Origin: Lama glama
Taxonomy: Eukaryota
Direction: 5' to 3'
Assembly: GCA_028534125.1 (NCBI GenBank)
Contig: CM052817.1
Span: 21,144,001 to 21,208,000 of the forward strand
Length of the DNA stretch: 64,000 nucleotides
In this document: one piece after another, positions 39,363 through 53,832 of the stretch
Layout of the letters: every line of letters begins with the position of its first letter
Position numbering within the stretch: position 1 is the stretch's first letter
The notes under the pieces: model-generated
The model's input: only the letters and a program-made list of their open reading frames with translations
Databases searched by the model: none
What the model was told of the DNA's origin: nothing
Position numbers and translations under genes: made by a program

Positions 39363-39785
39363 TGTGTTCTGGGGAGACAATTTTCCACTGGTCTCAAGTT
39401 TCTGCACTTATTTGTTCTAGCCTATCTGTTGAAGGATGTTTGTATATTGAACAGACTTGGAAGGCAGAGATGGTATTTTCCTTCAGGTCACAGTGCAAGC
39501 ACATTTCCTTCTTTTTTGTAACACAACCCATTGTGTTTGCAGATATTCCCTGCCTCAATTTTGTATCTTCATGTGGAAATTGGGGCTCAGAGAGCTGACA
39601 CACATACCCTCACACAAATACTGCTGACACTTTGGCTACTGCTATAGCTGTGAATAATAAGCTGTCTTTTATTTCTGAACCAGGACTCTAGTGTCTTCTA
39701 TCAATACTCATGAAACCATGGCCGACTCACTTGTTAGCTTGCAAGTAAGGGAAAAAAACTCTCAGGCCCTTTACAGTTTTTGATA
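39363..39785 (+). mobile_element. ERVL solo LTR (MER76-like)
   Basis: CTGGGGAGACAATTTTCCA...AAGGATGTTTGTATA...TTGTTAGCTTGCAAGTAAGGG...CAGTTTTTGATA. Confidence 0.75.
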
Positions 39786-42149
39786 CTGATTGTCTCTTAA
39801 ACCTTAGTGTAGTATATGTTTCTTGAAGCAAGAACCACATCTTACTCTCCCTTATATTTTCCACAGTAGTGGAAGCCCAAGACGATGCCTTACATGGAGA
39901 AACTACTCTACAAATCATGTAGGAAATACATATTTCTTTCAAATCTTATCTTACCTAGAGATCACTTAGATCCATTTTGCCTTTTGTTGAATAGTTGAAA
40001 TATGCTAAGAACAGAATGTTCTCTCTGAATAACATTTAGAATCATCATTAGTTTAAACTCCCTGACTCATTTGTTTATGAAGTGAGACTCACTGTAAGAA
40101 CATTAACACTTGCCATAGAATTGTTTTGAATTAATCACCAAACTAATGTGTTATAACTTTTGGAAACATAATTTCTCAAGTTGGTTTAGGTTATGGCCAT
40201 GACATTTTTATTAAATAAAACAAAGTAGAAAATAAAGTAAAACTCTTGTGAACTTTTAACCTCTTTTTGTTAATTGCTTTGGTCTTTCCCTATGGCACCA
40301 GCAAAACTATTTAATAGGGAGATACAATTTTCTAGTTGCTGGGTTTGCTACCTTTGTTAAAATTTTCAAAACATAAAAATTTGGACATTGCTTGACTATT
40401 TACTAAATTACTGATGTACACATATAAACATAAAATAATTAATGAGTGTGACCTTAGTATTTCTCTCATTGGATTCTGCTTTGCTGTATCATATTTGTTT
40501 TAAAATGCAATTAATACAGATTCTACATATAATAACATCACACTCACTTCCAACTTATCAGTAGGTCCATCATAGACCATGTATGGCGTCTACTCATTGC
40601 TATATTGTGATCAAGAGATATCTAACAGAGTCCCATACTGATGCACGTAGATGTTTAAAATACAGTCTCTTGTTAATTTGCTAGGCTCTGATCAGTGTGC
40701 CTGAAAGATGGTATCTCCTGCATCAGGTATGACTATTACAAAATGTTATTAGTGTCTTATATTATGATGAACCAGGTGGGTTAATTTCCAACTTGTTAAT
40801 TAAATCAGAACAGAGAAAATCCATTTGTATTTGTCTTTTACTAGTTTTTTTTTTTAAATTCTTTCTCATGATTGTTTTTGTGTAATATTTATCATATACC
40901 TCAACTCCTATATCTGAAAATAGAAAAGAATAATCCAAATGAGTTTAACACATAATAATTTTAAGAAATATTTTTGAGACCTGTTGTATTGTGTTAGCTT
41001 GAGAAATATGGGAAGGTATATTTTGTAGTGTTTTCCACTTTCTACATGCCCTTACTGATTTCATGCTTTCCCTACTCTTCTTATGATGGTTATAACCTTT
41101 ATTAATAATAACAAGCAATGGAAATTCATAATATTACTCTTCTTTAGGGAGTGTATTATTTTAGCAAGAATCCATGATCAGAAATACAAGCCACTGCTCA
41201 TCTGGTAAGGGACAACATTGATGTCTCTGAAATCTCAACAAATTGAGTTTGTCTGTTGTCTTAATGAATGTTGATATCTCTGAACTGAAGGTGTATAATT
41301 CACACTGAAGTTTATTTTGCATTGCAGACAAGATTTTATTGAAGTCTAGTCATTCCAATTTAGTTTAGGTTTCTAGTGTATCTTAACTTATTTACAGAAA
41401 ATACTTATACTTGAACGTCCCTTTTTCTATTATATTTATACTGAAGCCTCAACTAGTCAGAGATGTCAGATCTGAAAAGCACTACCATTCTGTAATTTCT
41501 ATTTCCTAGGATGAATGGACATCCAATTTGAGTAAAATTATCCAACAGTATTCAAATTCCAGCATGAATTTAAAACATAGTTATTACTTCTTAAAAATCA
41601 AGTATTAAAATATACAAACAACAACATCTCTGTCAAGTTGCAAATGAAATAAACTTACACAAACCGTTCTTAAAACTTTCTAACCTAAGGAATCTGATAT
41701 CATGGCCTCAGGGTAGTAGATTCAATGTCTATAATATGTTTCCTACGAGAGAGTAAGGTGGACTCTGAGTCACTGTTTGCCTAAGGCTGACCTAACAGTG
41801 CTTCTGGTATTTTTTTGTTTGCTTGTTTTTTTGAAAATACATCACTTGGTCTTACTCAGGAAGTTCAGAGTTTGGAAATCTGTGTAAATTAAGAATGATC
41901 TTTTTATACGTTTGTCTTTTACTACATCAAGTTAACATTATTGAACAGAATGTCACTAAATTAAAGACTATGTTAGGAATTGCATAAAGTAATGCTACTC
42001 AAAGTAGTTGCACTTTGAACCATGGGTCTTCAGTCCAGGAGGAGATATGGAACTTGAGAGAAAAAAATAAATCATTGCTTCCTGTTTTAAGAAAGTTTCA
42101 GTAGGAAAAAAAAAGTCAGCTAAATTAAATACTGTGTTTATGAGAATGA

Positions 42150-42360
42150 AGATATTAACTACTATGTATAAAACAGATAAACAGCAAGGACTTAATGTAT
42201 AGCACAGGAAATTATATTAAATACCTTGTAATAGCCTATAATAAAAAAGAATATGACAAGGAATATATATATATATATATATAACCATATCACTATGCTG
42301 TGTACCAGAAATTAACACAATATTGTAAACTGATTGTACTTCAATAAAAATAATAAAAAG
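42150..42360 (+). mobile_element. 5'-truncated cetartiodactyl-type L1 3' tail
   Basis: GATAAACAGCAAGGAC...GTATAGCACAGGAAA...CACTATGCTGTGTACCAGAAATTAACACAA...CTTCAATAAAAA. Confidence 0.85.
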
Positions 42361-43797
42361 AGATAGTGTGTTTAATGACAAAGTGATTTACATTTTTCTA
42401 CAAGCTCCTTATCACCTGTGAATCATAACAAGTATTTCATGAGTCACCATTAATCCTTCTCACCTTGTTACACTACTGTAAAGGACAGTCAGAGATTGGC
42501 AGTTAAACCTCTAAAAGTGCTACAGTTGAGATGAAATACCATGTATTTCCAATTAGGATGGACATATGCAATTTATTATAATGCAATGAAAAAGAAAAAA
42601 ACAATCATTTCGAATGTAAGGCCCAATTTTAAAACCTGCATCTCATTCGGTCCAAATTACAGAACTTGACTAGTGACTGAGCACTTCCTACATGGGAACT
42701 GTATGCAATGCACCCAGGGTAACTTGGACAGAGATTATTGTTTCCTTTTAGAGATGCTTGATTATTCTTCCTAGCAACGCAGAGAAGACTCTCTAATTTT
42801 AAATCAACTCTCAATAATTCACTGTTACAAATTTAAGATTGATTAATTTTCATGGTTTTATAGATTTATTTATATTTAGATTGTTTTACAATGTTCACAA
42901 TACACATTAGATATAAAGTCTGTGTATACATTATACTGAAAATTAAAATTAAAATGACATTGTAGATGATTACTAGAAGTAGCATTTCCCAACTTCCTTC
43001 ACTATGTAAGTTGTGTTGAGTTATTTATAAAATCTCCACTGAATCATAAATCTATTCTTTGTTGGAATGGTTGGTAATGTTCTTATTTCAAAACATGCAT
43101 TTTGTCTATAAGAGTACTCGAATATTTTTGCTAAGTGGCTGATTGGCCTTGAACTAAAGAAGCTCAGAACATTGCACATCAAAATAATATGGTGTGATGA
43201 ACCACTATGGCAAGTTATACATATATTAACCACAGAGGATTTGCAAACCAATCTCAGAGTCAAATTCGTTTTTCTAAGCGATGTTTTGGACCACTTAGTA
43301 CTATCATTCTACTGAAAACTCAGTGAAATCATTCAGATTTAGAGTTCAATTCATGTTCAAAATCATTATACATACTTTGTGAAACTTTTGACATTTGTTT
43401 AGTGAATAACTATTTTATTCTGAAAACATATTTATTTTCAATTCTGAAAAATATTTGTTTTTTCCTCTTATAATAGTCATCAATGTGAACTAACAGTAGA
43501 ATTTGAAACAAAGAGGTAAATTAAAATAAAGGTAGGAGAATATTTTCCTTGTCTTAGTTCTCCTTGACTAGAAATACATTAGAGCATATTATCAGTTTTA
43601 ACTTATCATGCACTTTTTTGGACCATTTTTACAGACCAGTCTGTTTTATTCCTTTCAAAAGATAGAGGTGTACTTCTTTAATTCACACAAATTCCATTCC
43701 ATTTGATAAAACCTGAAATAAATTTCAATAAATCAAAAAATTTTTAAATTACATCTGTTTAAATACTATATGGCAAAGTAAAACTGTCAAAAATAAA

Positions 43798-43799
<2 letters not shown>

Positions 43800-43835
<36 letters not shown>
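43800..43835 (+). repeat. (CA)n microsatellite
   Basis: Direct reading. Confidence 0.97.
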
Positions 43836-43837
<2 letters not shown>

Positions 43838-44692
43838 CCCCACGTGCTGGCAAAGTGCAAGAACAGCTACAACAATAGATCAGAATAATTCCACAGTTAA
43901 GTGCTACTGAAACCTCATTTAACAACAAACAGATAGACGTTAAAACAGCCCAATTTTCCAGAATTCATGAAAAAGCCACATGGAATTTATTTAAAGATAA
44001 AGACTTGGACAGATACTCCTCAAAGTTAGAAAATTCAGAATTTAAGGATTAGATAAATATTTGCAGTGTTTATTATACTCTATCTTTTCTTCAAAATATG
44101 TCTGTCTTCTCTAATAATTTGAGTTCTCCCCCAATTTTTTTTTAATGTGTGTCACTGTGTGCCAAATGTTTCGAGACCTGACATTCTTCAGTGGATTGCC
44201 ATTGTGCTCAATCAGTAGTTTGGCTTGATGTAAAATAGCTAGTTTCAAAAATCCTTTCCATCTATACATAAAAAAAGCATACATGCATACACAGCAATCC
44301 TTTTCTATACACTGTTACTATTGAGAATTTTGTTGTCACTGTGATTCTTGTACATTTCAGGTGACTGTTCTTTCTCTTGGGCATCATTTATGCTCCTCTC
44401 TTTGTCTCTGATAAATGACTGTATTTCCTTCTCTCTCATGTTTGGCATCCTTTCAATCAAATATCTATCATCTTTATTTAATCCTTCAAAAATATGTCTA
44501 ATTGCTTATTCAAATATTTCCTCCTTTAATTTTTCTCCCTTTTTCTGTTTCATTTTGGCAGAAGTCATTTATTTGTTTTTCAATGCATTTATTTATTTCA
44601 CATCTATATTCCTGACTATCCACTCTTTATCTCATTCTTTATTTCAACAATTTTACCTTAATTAATGTTGATAGCATTTCTTTTTTCCTTAT

Positions 44693-45192
44693 NNNNNNNN
44701 NNNNNNNNNNNNNNNNNNNNNNNNNNNNNNNNNNNNNNNNNNNNNNNNNNNNNNNNNNNNNNNNNNNNNNNNNNNNNNNNNNNNNNNNNNNNNNNNNNNN
44801 NNNNNNNNNNNNNNNNNNNNNNNNNNNNNNNNNNNNNNNNNNNNNNNNNNNNNNNNNNNNNNNNNNNNNNNNNNNNNNNNNNNNNNNNNNNNNNNNNNNN
44901 NNNNNNNNNNNNNNNNNNNNNNNNNNNNNNNNNNNNNNNNNNNNNNNNNNNNNNNNNNNNNNNNNNNNNNNNNNNNNNNNNNNNNNNNNNNNNNNNNNNN
45001 NNNNNNNNNNNNNNNNNNNNNNNNNNNNNNNNNNNNNNNNNNNNNNNNNNNNNNNNNNNNNNNNNNNNNNNNNNNNNNNNNNNNNNNNNNNNNNNNNNNN
45101 NNNNNNNNNNNNNNNNNNNNNNNNNNNNNNNNNNNNNNNNNNNNNNNNNNNNNNNNNNNNNNNNNNNNNNNNNNNNNNNNNNNNNNNNNNNN
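44693..45192. other. Assembly gap (500 N)
   Basis: Run of exactly 500 N. Confidence 0.99.
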
Positions 45193-45320
45193 GAAATCTG
45201 TATCTTGATTGTGTGATAATTATAGGACTGTATGTGTTTTTCAAAGTTCATCAAATTACATGTTTAAGTAGAATTAATTTCATGATATTTAATTAATAAA
45301 CATGACAAAAAATAAAATAG
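45193..45320 (+). mobile_element. Old L1 3' terminus
   Basis: CTGTATCTTGATTGTG...TTTTCAAAGTTCATCAAATTACA...AATAAA plus A tail. Confidence 0.6.
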
Positions 45321-46434
45321 CAGAACTAAATTGTATTGACAAGATTAAAATTAATAAAGTTATGACACACCTAATAGAGATTAAAGAGGAAAGTTTATTT
45401 ATATACATGACATTAGTAATAAATAGATATGAAATAGATCTTTAAGTGCAAAGTACACACATAAAAATTCTTTAAAATATGTTGTCAGAAGTACGTGTAT
45501 ATGTTTCTGTGTGTGTGTGTAACATCAGGAAAATATTGCAAACTATCAAAGATAGAGGCAGAAAACTAAAATATGAATAAACCAATAACAATGGGTATTA
45601 TAAAAAATGCCTACATTGTACATTAATCTAAAGTAAATGCCAAATCTTTTTACAAACTAAAGACTGATTTGTGATATGTAAAATCATAAAAGTATGTTAA
45701 TCTCACCTTGGAAAACAAAGGAGTGATTAAAAAAAGAAGAAAGCTTAAGACAAGGAGTCTACCAGTGAGGATTATTCAAGTAAAATCTATGATCTAAAAT
45801 AGAAAGGAAAAGGAAAGAAAAAGTAATAATAATAACAACAAAAGACTGAGTAGAAAAAAAATCAAGTCATGTTTCTTGTAAAATCCTTACTCTGGTAGCT
45901 TCAATGTATAGCATCTATCCTTACAAGTTATACAGAGTTGAAGTGTATGCACTTTAGTAAACAGACTATATTTTAGCTCTTAAGTTCATTCTCCTGAGTT
46001 CCAGTCAATTTATGTCTGCAGAATGATTATGTTACTACTCTATCCCCGCATTACTTGCATACAAAAACTTATATTATGAAAAGCAATGTATTATGTGCGT
46101 GTGTGTGTCTATGAATCTGTGCGGCTTATCAAACCAATCTTCAAATTTGAATATATCACAGATTAGGGGGTTTTGTTTAATCCCCCTAATCTATTCAAAA
46201 TTCCTATCTATATGTGTCCATGTCCCTAGAAAATCACCATGATTAACATCAAAGATATTTTCCATGTCTACCTGAGAGTGTGTTGATTTTTCTTTTTGTA
46301 TTTCATATATTACATGATTTTTAATGTTCCAAACATAAAACTGAAATTTAAAAACAAGATAGTACTGTACTTTTGTAATCAGGAAAGAAAATGGAGCACT
46401 CTGTCCCTCTTATTTTTAAGAGCAGTTCAGATGA

Positions 46435-46952
46435 TGTATTAGTTATTCATTACTATTTAACAAATTACTCCAAAATTTAGCATTTTAAAAATACTTACAT
46501 TAACTATCTCACAGAGTTCATGTGGGTTAAGTGTGTTGGTGTGTCTAGCTCACAGTTCCTTATGAGATCACAATTAATATGTGGTCCACAGCAGCTGGCT
46601 TCTTAAGGCTTACTTGGTTCTAGAGCCTGCTTTCAAGGATGCTCACTCAAATGCCTGGGAAGTTGGTGTTGGTTGTTGGCAGGAAGCCAAGAGTTCCTCG
46701 CCATGTGACTTTTCCATAAGACTGTTGCGGTGTGCTTATGGCATGACATTTAGTTTCCTCCAGAGTTAGTGAACCAAGGGACAGCAAGGTGAAAATAATA
46801 ATGTCTTTTACCAACTAGCCTTTGAAGTCATAGTCCATCATGTCAACAGGATCCTCTCTGATACAAAAGTGAAATGTATTCAGTTTGGGTGAGGGCTCAA
46901 ACTGATATCAAGAAAAAGAAATCATTGAGGGCATTCAGATATTGGCTACTTA
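46435..46952 (-). mobile_element. MaLR LTR (MLT1F/G/H-like)
   Basis: TGTATTAGTTAT...AACAAATTACTCCAAAATTTAG...GCTCACTCA...GGCATGACA...CCTCCAGAG...GGCTAC. Confidence 0.8.
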
Positions 46953-49659
46953 ATGTGATATTTTCATTGGTTGAAAAGCTTTAGTCACTACACTTATTTT
47001 ATCCCCTTAAAAAAATTAACCACATGAACAATGTAGATATTGGAAATATCCATTGCCAAAAAACCAAAATAGATAAAAAACTTAATTTAACTTGCAATTT
47101 CTGAATTTATTTTTAGTATTATCAGTATTTCATGATAAAATATTTTGGTTTGTCTCTATACTATAATGTTGTTAACCATTTTCCCCATAGTTATTTTTAT
47201 TTGTAAATGTAATGTTTTAAATAAGTCAGTGAGAGTAGCTTAGAAAAACAAAAAGGGAAATATTAAAAAAGACACATTAGTATTATAAATGGGACTGTTT
47301 ATCCTTAGGATATCTGATAAGTAATGACAAACCCATAAACTTGGGAAATATATCACTGGCCATTTTTCTGATGATAACTTATGAAACAGAATAAAAGTAT
47401 GGATACAAGACTTCAGAAAACTGGATATTTGAAAGTTTCCTGCTCTGACAGATAATTATTTCAATATTTGAAAATTATTTAATTTCAAAAGTCTACATTC
47501 TAAAGACTAAAGTTCTCATACACTTTCAGAATTTTCTGAGTTATTAAAAAATAACTAGAGGCTTTTAGTTTAGGAAAGAAAAGGCAAAGATAGATTTAAG
47601 CATTATCTTTAAAAGATGATTGACAATTTGTTTATTTTCTTATTTCAGATTAAATAAGACATTTGGTAAGTCAACAAATATTGAGTATGCTCAGCTCAGC
47701 CTCAAATGCTCAGATTTCTCACTATTATTAGTATGAAAAATATCCCTGAAAATAAAGTTAAAATTTCCTTTGATCGTGGTATCTTAAAATGGAACAGAAT
47801 TTCATCTGTTTGGAGTAGTTTAGATGAACCCACTTTTAAAGTTAGATGATGGAGTTACATGACCTCTTCAAGTTTCTACCAACCCTATGATTTCATGAGA
47901 AAATAAGAGTTTTCAGCTTTCTAGCTTCCCCTTCCAAATCTTATTCAAAGCAAAATGACAGATTTGAATATAATCTAGGGTGATAAAATATTCTTATGGT
48001 TAACTTTCAGCCCAATACTTTTTGATGTTTTCACTAATGAACCTCACTAGGGAATACAACTTCTGCTCATTAAAGTTATGTAAGATAATAATTAAATCTT
48101 TAAAAAAATTCTGTGGTTGTTATATCTAAGGTTCAGGAACAATATGATTTCACAAAATGTTGGTAGTTTTAGGGCTATTCTTCTCAAACTGTGTTAGAGC
48201 TCTAGTTTGAAACTATGCAAGATGTGAGTGGGCAAGGAAGGAGGAATAACTAAACTCATCTTTAGGAGAGTACTTTCTGCTGTGTAGGACATATTCTCAT
48301 GATAATATATAAAGTAATTTTTCATGAAACCTGAATTAAATATAATATTTCAATATTGACTGATTTCTATTGGTGAGAATGATAGTTTTTTAAACATTTA
48401 AGACAGTGATATAATAATTTAAAAAACACTTTCTATAGGTAACAAATATAGATCAATTTATATAAAACATGAAATAATAATTGGAACAGTTGTATGTGAC
48501 TATGGTACATAAAAAGCTTAAGTTTGCAAATACAGCTTTAAGACTTAGTTATTATAATATAGAAGATTTCCTCTGGACTTTTGATGGAACCATAGAAACA
48601 CCAGGAACAAACAAGTTGATTCTATTGAATTAGCCCCAGATTCTTTCAATACCAGCTGTAAGCCATGAATGTGTGACAGATCAGTAATAGAAATGGATTG
48701 CTTCACTCCCCACTACCAGCTTTCAACACATTCCCCCCTTCCTCGGATCACTCCCGGTACTTGCTTGTCCATGGTTTTGTAATGGTTAAATTCTGACATT
48801 GGGATGGGGTTTGGGTGAAGTAGGGTGGCTGTTGGAGCAAGTCCCATAGGCTGGCTCACAGGAAATACATAACCTGTGATAGCCTAGTTCCAGTCTTAGT
48901 AAAAGTTCTTGAAGAGAGGTTTATAAATTTAGGAGTTAAATATATCAGTATGCAAAAGTCAAGTTAATTATCAGATAAAAAAAAGGAAGTTCTTAAGAGA
49001 GTGAGAAACTGGATAAAAATGATTCTGCTTGCTGGGACCAAAAGTCTAGTTTGACCACTCTAACAGAATTTTGTGCCTCAGGTCCATTCATGAACTTGTA
49101 GTCTTGCACTTCTGAATTTGTAAGGTTCATGATTATAGACAAACCATAAGGAGGAGTCATGTGGCAAGCTTCCACCCGACCTGCACCTTTGGGTTCTGAC
49201 ATACAGCAATTCTCATTCATTCAAAATCACAGTTGGTGACTTGCTGCTATGTTCCTGGCATTTTGCTAGGATTAAATTGAGGGAGAGCTTGTCTTAGTGG
49301 ATATTTGGAGAATAATGATAAACACATAAATAGAAAATTGCAATAAGGTTGGCTGATACCATGATCTGGATAAACACAGCATGATACTGGAAGTATGAAG
49401 AAGGCAACTGTAGCTTGGGTTTATTTTTATTCAAAAATATTGTAAAGCACAGAAAAATCCACTGAATAATGTACTGAACATTATCCTGAATCCTAATGAA
49501 CAAATCCTAGATTTGTATATTTTTTTCAAGTTTCCTTAGACAGTATTTTCTTTTTACTAAAATAAATCAAAATGTATGGATAAACCCAAAGCCCCCTTTT
49601 AACTGGAAAGGGGTACACAAAACACTTGCCCTAATTCAACCTTTAATGATCATGGTGAA

Positions 49660-50064
49660 AATTGTGACATGTCACCCAGCTCCACCAAGTAAGAACATGT
49701 GCATGCTGATGGGATTGTCATTGTCAACTGCTTAAGGGGTTGCCTCACCCTTGGACGGCCACATGACCTTATACAAGGTCAGTCTCCTCCCAGGGTGGCC
49801 CATATCCAATGACTGGTGGAGGTGGACTTAAAAATGCTGTGACATTTTTAACCAACAAAGTACAACTCTGATGGTACATTTTAGCTCCAGAGTTCCTGCA
49901 GTCAGCCGAGAACAGTGATCAGATCATTATCATAGTTGAAATTCTCCCTGACTCAGTGATACTTCCTTTCTCTCCCTTCTAAAGGTATCAATTCCAGTTA
50001 ATACCCTAAGTAACATTCAGATCACTAAACCTCATCTCATTGTCCAAGGAAACAACCTACAGCA
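49660..50064 (+). mobile_element. ERVL solo LTR (LTR16A-like)
   Basis: AAGGTCA...GCCCATATCCAATGACTGG...ACAACTCTGA...AGCTCCAGAGTTCC...AACCTACAGCA. Confidence 0.75.
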
Positions 50065-50534
50065 ATGATCAATGTTTCTTCTACAAAAATATGGCACTTA
50101 CACAGAGACCAGAAAGATGACTACGTGTCACAAAGAAACATGTGAAATTATGTGTACATGAACAGAAAGCATTCTTCTAAACACTCTGCAGCTCAGAAGT
50201 AGAATTTGTATTTTTGGTTAGGTGTTTGTATGGAAATGAATTTTGTGATTGCAAGAAGGAGGAAAAAGTGAGATTTCAAGAGAAATTATGAATGAAGAAA
50301 TAAAATTATTTCATGAATAATATAATAACGGGGAAGAAAAAAATGAAATAAACTTGAGATGATTCCAGGTTTATAAAATGTAGCATTGAGTGGGAAGTCT
50401 CTTCCAGGGAAAGATGAATGTAGTTTTTGACATGCTGAGTTTGAGGAAGTGACAATTATCTTTCTGCGTAAATCCCCCAAGCAGTTGGAAATATAACTAG
50501 CTCACAAGTTAAAGAAAAAAAAAAAGCATTTGAT

Positions 50535-50930
50535 TGGTTCATCCACTTAAAACATGTTTTGAGCTTCTCTCTGTTTGTTTCTGAGTACGGAATAAGGAGT
50601 AAATTTGGTGTGGCCCCTGTCCTCAGAGTGCTTACAGCATAGGATCAGTGACAGATATAACACACATTAATTATACAAATAAACACATGGCTGCAAACTG
50701 TGATACAGTCCCTGAGGACAAAGAACAGGATACGATGAAAGAAAAAGGAGAGGACTTAATTGTACTGTGGATGTCAGAGAAAGCCTCTCAAGGCCATGAC
50801 ATTTAAGTTAAAATTAGAAGGACGGATAAGATGTATTTTAGCAAAAGTCAAGAGGAAGAGTTTTCTTACCAGAGGGAGCAGCATCTGCCAAGTATTTACG
50901 TGCTGTATGAAAGGACCTGGTAGGATTTGG
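50535..50930 (-). mobile_element. LINE-2 3' end
   Basis: TTCATCCA...TTTTGAGC...CCCTGTCCTCAGAGTGCTTACA...GTCAGAGAAAGCCTCTC...GACATTTAAG. Confidence 0.7.
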
Positions 50931-51933
50931 TTAACATCGGGATGCTAACCTAAATGCCAGTGGAGAGCCCCTGAAAAGTGAAAGACAAAAGGAATACAGG
51001 CATGAAGATTTAAGAGTTATCTGTGTTCAGGTTACAGTAGAATCCAAGGAAGCAGATGCTCTTTGGGAGAAAAAGTAGGTAAGAAAAACAAAAATGGGGC
51101 AAAAGACAGAGACTCATGGACTCTTAGAGACCAGAAAGTAGGAAAGACCTTAATAAAGCTCAGACTTAAACAGCTGAAAATATACAAGATCAGAAAAGAC
51201 ACAATAGTGCCAAACAATACAAGAAAGGTTGGCGAAGATTTTTAAAATGGTCACCAGATTATGAATTCTAATTTTAAAGTAAAGTTACACTAGTATAATC
51301 ATATGTTAGGAAGAATACCGTAAAATTGAATTACAGAGTTTTTGTTTCTTGCAAGATTTCCTGAACATCTCTATTTGTTGTAAACTATTCACTATACATA
51401 TCTATTCCTCCAAGGGAAAAAAATAGTGTTTTTTATTTCTTTTTGTAATTTTCCAATCAAAGTGGTTGGGTTTTAAGCTAGTTTTTAAATTGTGTTTTAA
51501 AATAGTTTGCACAAAATATTTTAAAATTCATTTTCTGAAAATATGAGGCAACTTTTACAAGGTAGAAAAATTTTACCTGCTTATAACCTTCATTTAATGA
51601 ATTCTATTTAACTAATTGATTTCAATTAAATAATAATTAAAATTTAGCATTTTCCAATATTATGTGGAAATAATATATATTATTTTAAAATAAAATCTAA
51701 AGCATAACATATGACTATATGGTTACCCTAGACGTTATTATTAAGTATTCTTTTTTAAAATGTACTTTTTTCCTGTTTCTGACTTTCTGAAAAGTAATAA
51801 TCTGGTTACTTGTTTCCACAGGTTTGTTCAGGATGAATTATTAAATCGACCACCCAATCCACCATTAACAAATGATTTTAAAAGTATTAATATATCTTTT
51901 TAAATGGCTTATTTTCTTGTATTATGATGTGAT

Positions 51934-52041
51934 GGGGAAAGAAAGAGAGAAAGAGAAAGAGAGAAAGAGAAGGAAGGAAGGAAGGAAGAAAGAAAGGAAG
52001 AAAGGAAGAAAAGAAAGAAAGAAAGAAAGAAAGAAAGAAAA

Positions 52042-52117
<76 letters not shown>

Positions 52118-52204
52118 GGGAGAGAGGGAGAGAGGGAGAGAGAAAGGAAGGAAGGAAGGAAGGAGGGAAGGAAGGGAGAAAGAAAAGGAGAGAGAGAAAG
52201 AAAA
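51934..52204 (+). repeat. Compound polypurine microsatellite (GAAA)n/(GGAA)n/(GGAGAG)n
   Basis: ~270 bp of A/G only. Confidence 0.97.
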
Positions 52205-52688
52205 CCTGGAGGCTTTAACATTGCCTTTATCTTAGTTACAAACCTCGTATCATAAAATCAATAATCTCCCTCGTGGGCATGTACTAAACTGAAACAACAC
52301 CAATTCTTCTCTTTTAGGCCTCCCAGTGCCACTGAGTCTTGCTATCAAACTGTAGTTTATATCTTCTGGCTCACAATACTTAGTCAGTAATTTAAATTCC
52401 GTGACGACCTCCAGGGACATTTTGAAAACATGGATCTTTTTTAAAGCCTATCATTATGTGACATGCAGCCATGCTACATCAAATTATTAAATTGTTTGTA
52501 TTCTTCTATCAGTTTGAATAAGCCATCAATTTGATGATATGCTCAAATATAAGTGTTAAATAAAAATGACAAATTGTGTGAGCAACAACATGCCCTACAA
52601 ATTAAATACACTAGGCAATACAGACATTCCCTACTTCCACATCAGATACAGTTCTTTTGAGCAGCCATGGATGGCAAGTCTCTCAGCA

Positions 52689-52811
52689 GATCTAATATAT
52701 ATATATATATATTAGATATAGATATATTATTATAATATATATATATATATATTTCCTAATTTTAAGCTTTTCCTAATTTAAGCTTTTTAAGCTTTTCCTA
52801 ATTTTCCTAAT
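52689..52811. repeat. (TA)n-rich palindrome followed by TTTCCTAATTT/TAAGCTT short tandem repeats
   Basis: Direct reading. Confidence 0.9.
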
Positions 52812-53728
52812 CAATTTCTATCCTTATGCAAATCCACATCCTCCAACCTTAAAACTAACTACATACAAACCTTTCACTTTCCATTGGTATATTTTAACTT
52901 TACCTACAGAAAATTTATCTCATATGAACCTGTTCAGGTAGAGGCTAAAGAATTTTTCTCATCTTTGTCCTTCCTCCGAAATGAAACTCCCCTTCAGCTC
53001 CATCACTAATTCCGTCACATCATTCTCTTTCAAGAATCTGGAGCAACTATTTCATCAACCATTTCAACACTTTCTTTCCTGCCTAGCTCTTGACCTTTGC
53101 AAATATGTTCCAGAATCCCTTTTTGTCAGATGGGGTGGGGGTGGAAATCAATCAGAGTTTATCCTCCTTTAAACCATTATATTTACTCCTTGTCAAAGCT
53201 TAATGTCTCAGAATAATGAATTAAAAATGCTATTCCCATTCCCTCACAATTATTCCCTTTAATTCCTCTACATTATGGTTTGAAATCCAATAAACATTAA
53301 ATGTTTAGAGCAAGGAAACATCTTTTAATTTCCAGAATCTCTGGCATCATCTAAATTTTCATTATGCATATTAATTATACCTCATTTAATTTGTAACTTT
53401 CTGTCCTTCACTTTCATACTTAGCTTCTGCTCCAGGGATTTTCCCAGTTCTCTATATAGCAATCAAAATTCCAGAGTATAATTCAGTCTTTAAAGGTCTC
53501 CTTCAGCTCAGGTATTAAATGTAATTTTGAAATGATTCAATTAATTTCATTAGTCAATCATCAAACATCTTCTATGCTTTAAGCATTACCTATATCATCT
53601 AAAATTCAGTTGTTGAACCTTGTCTTTTTTTTTTTAACATAAGAAGACCTTGAGCATCTCACTGTCCATCTCTCCTCGTTTTTCATACTTCTAAAGGTCT
53701 TATGCATATGAGCATGTGAATATCTTAC

Positions 53729-53832
53729 TTTATTATTTTTTAAAATTTTTCCTGGAGGTCCTGGGGATTGAACCCAGGACCTCCCACAAGCTAAGCATGT
53801 GTTTTACCACTGAGCTCTATTCCTCCGCCCCC
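53729..53832 (-). mobile_element. tRNA-derived SINE, Vic-1-like
   Basis: CTGGGGATTGAACCCAGGACCTC...GCTAAGCATG...TACCACTGAGCT. Confidence 0.85.

Noticed and set aside
44639..45254. Three 183-201-aa ORFs
   Set aside because: Artefacts of the second N gap
51872..52255. Lys/Glu/Arg-rich and Phe/Leu/Ser-rich ORFs
   Set aside because: Translations of the (GAAA)n microsatellite
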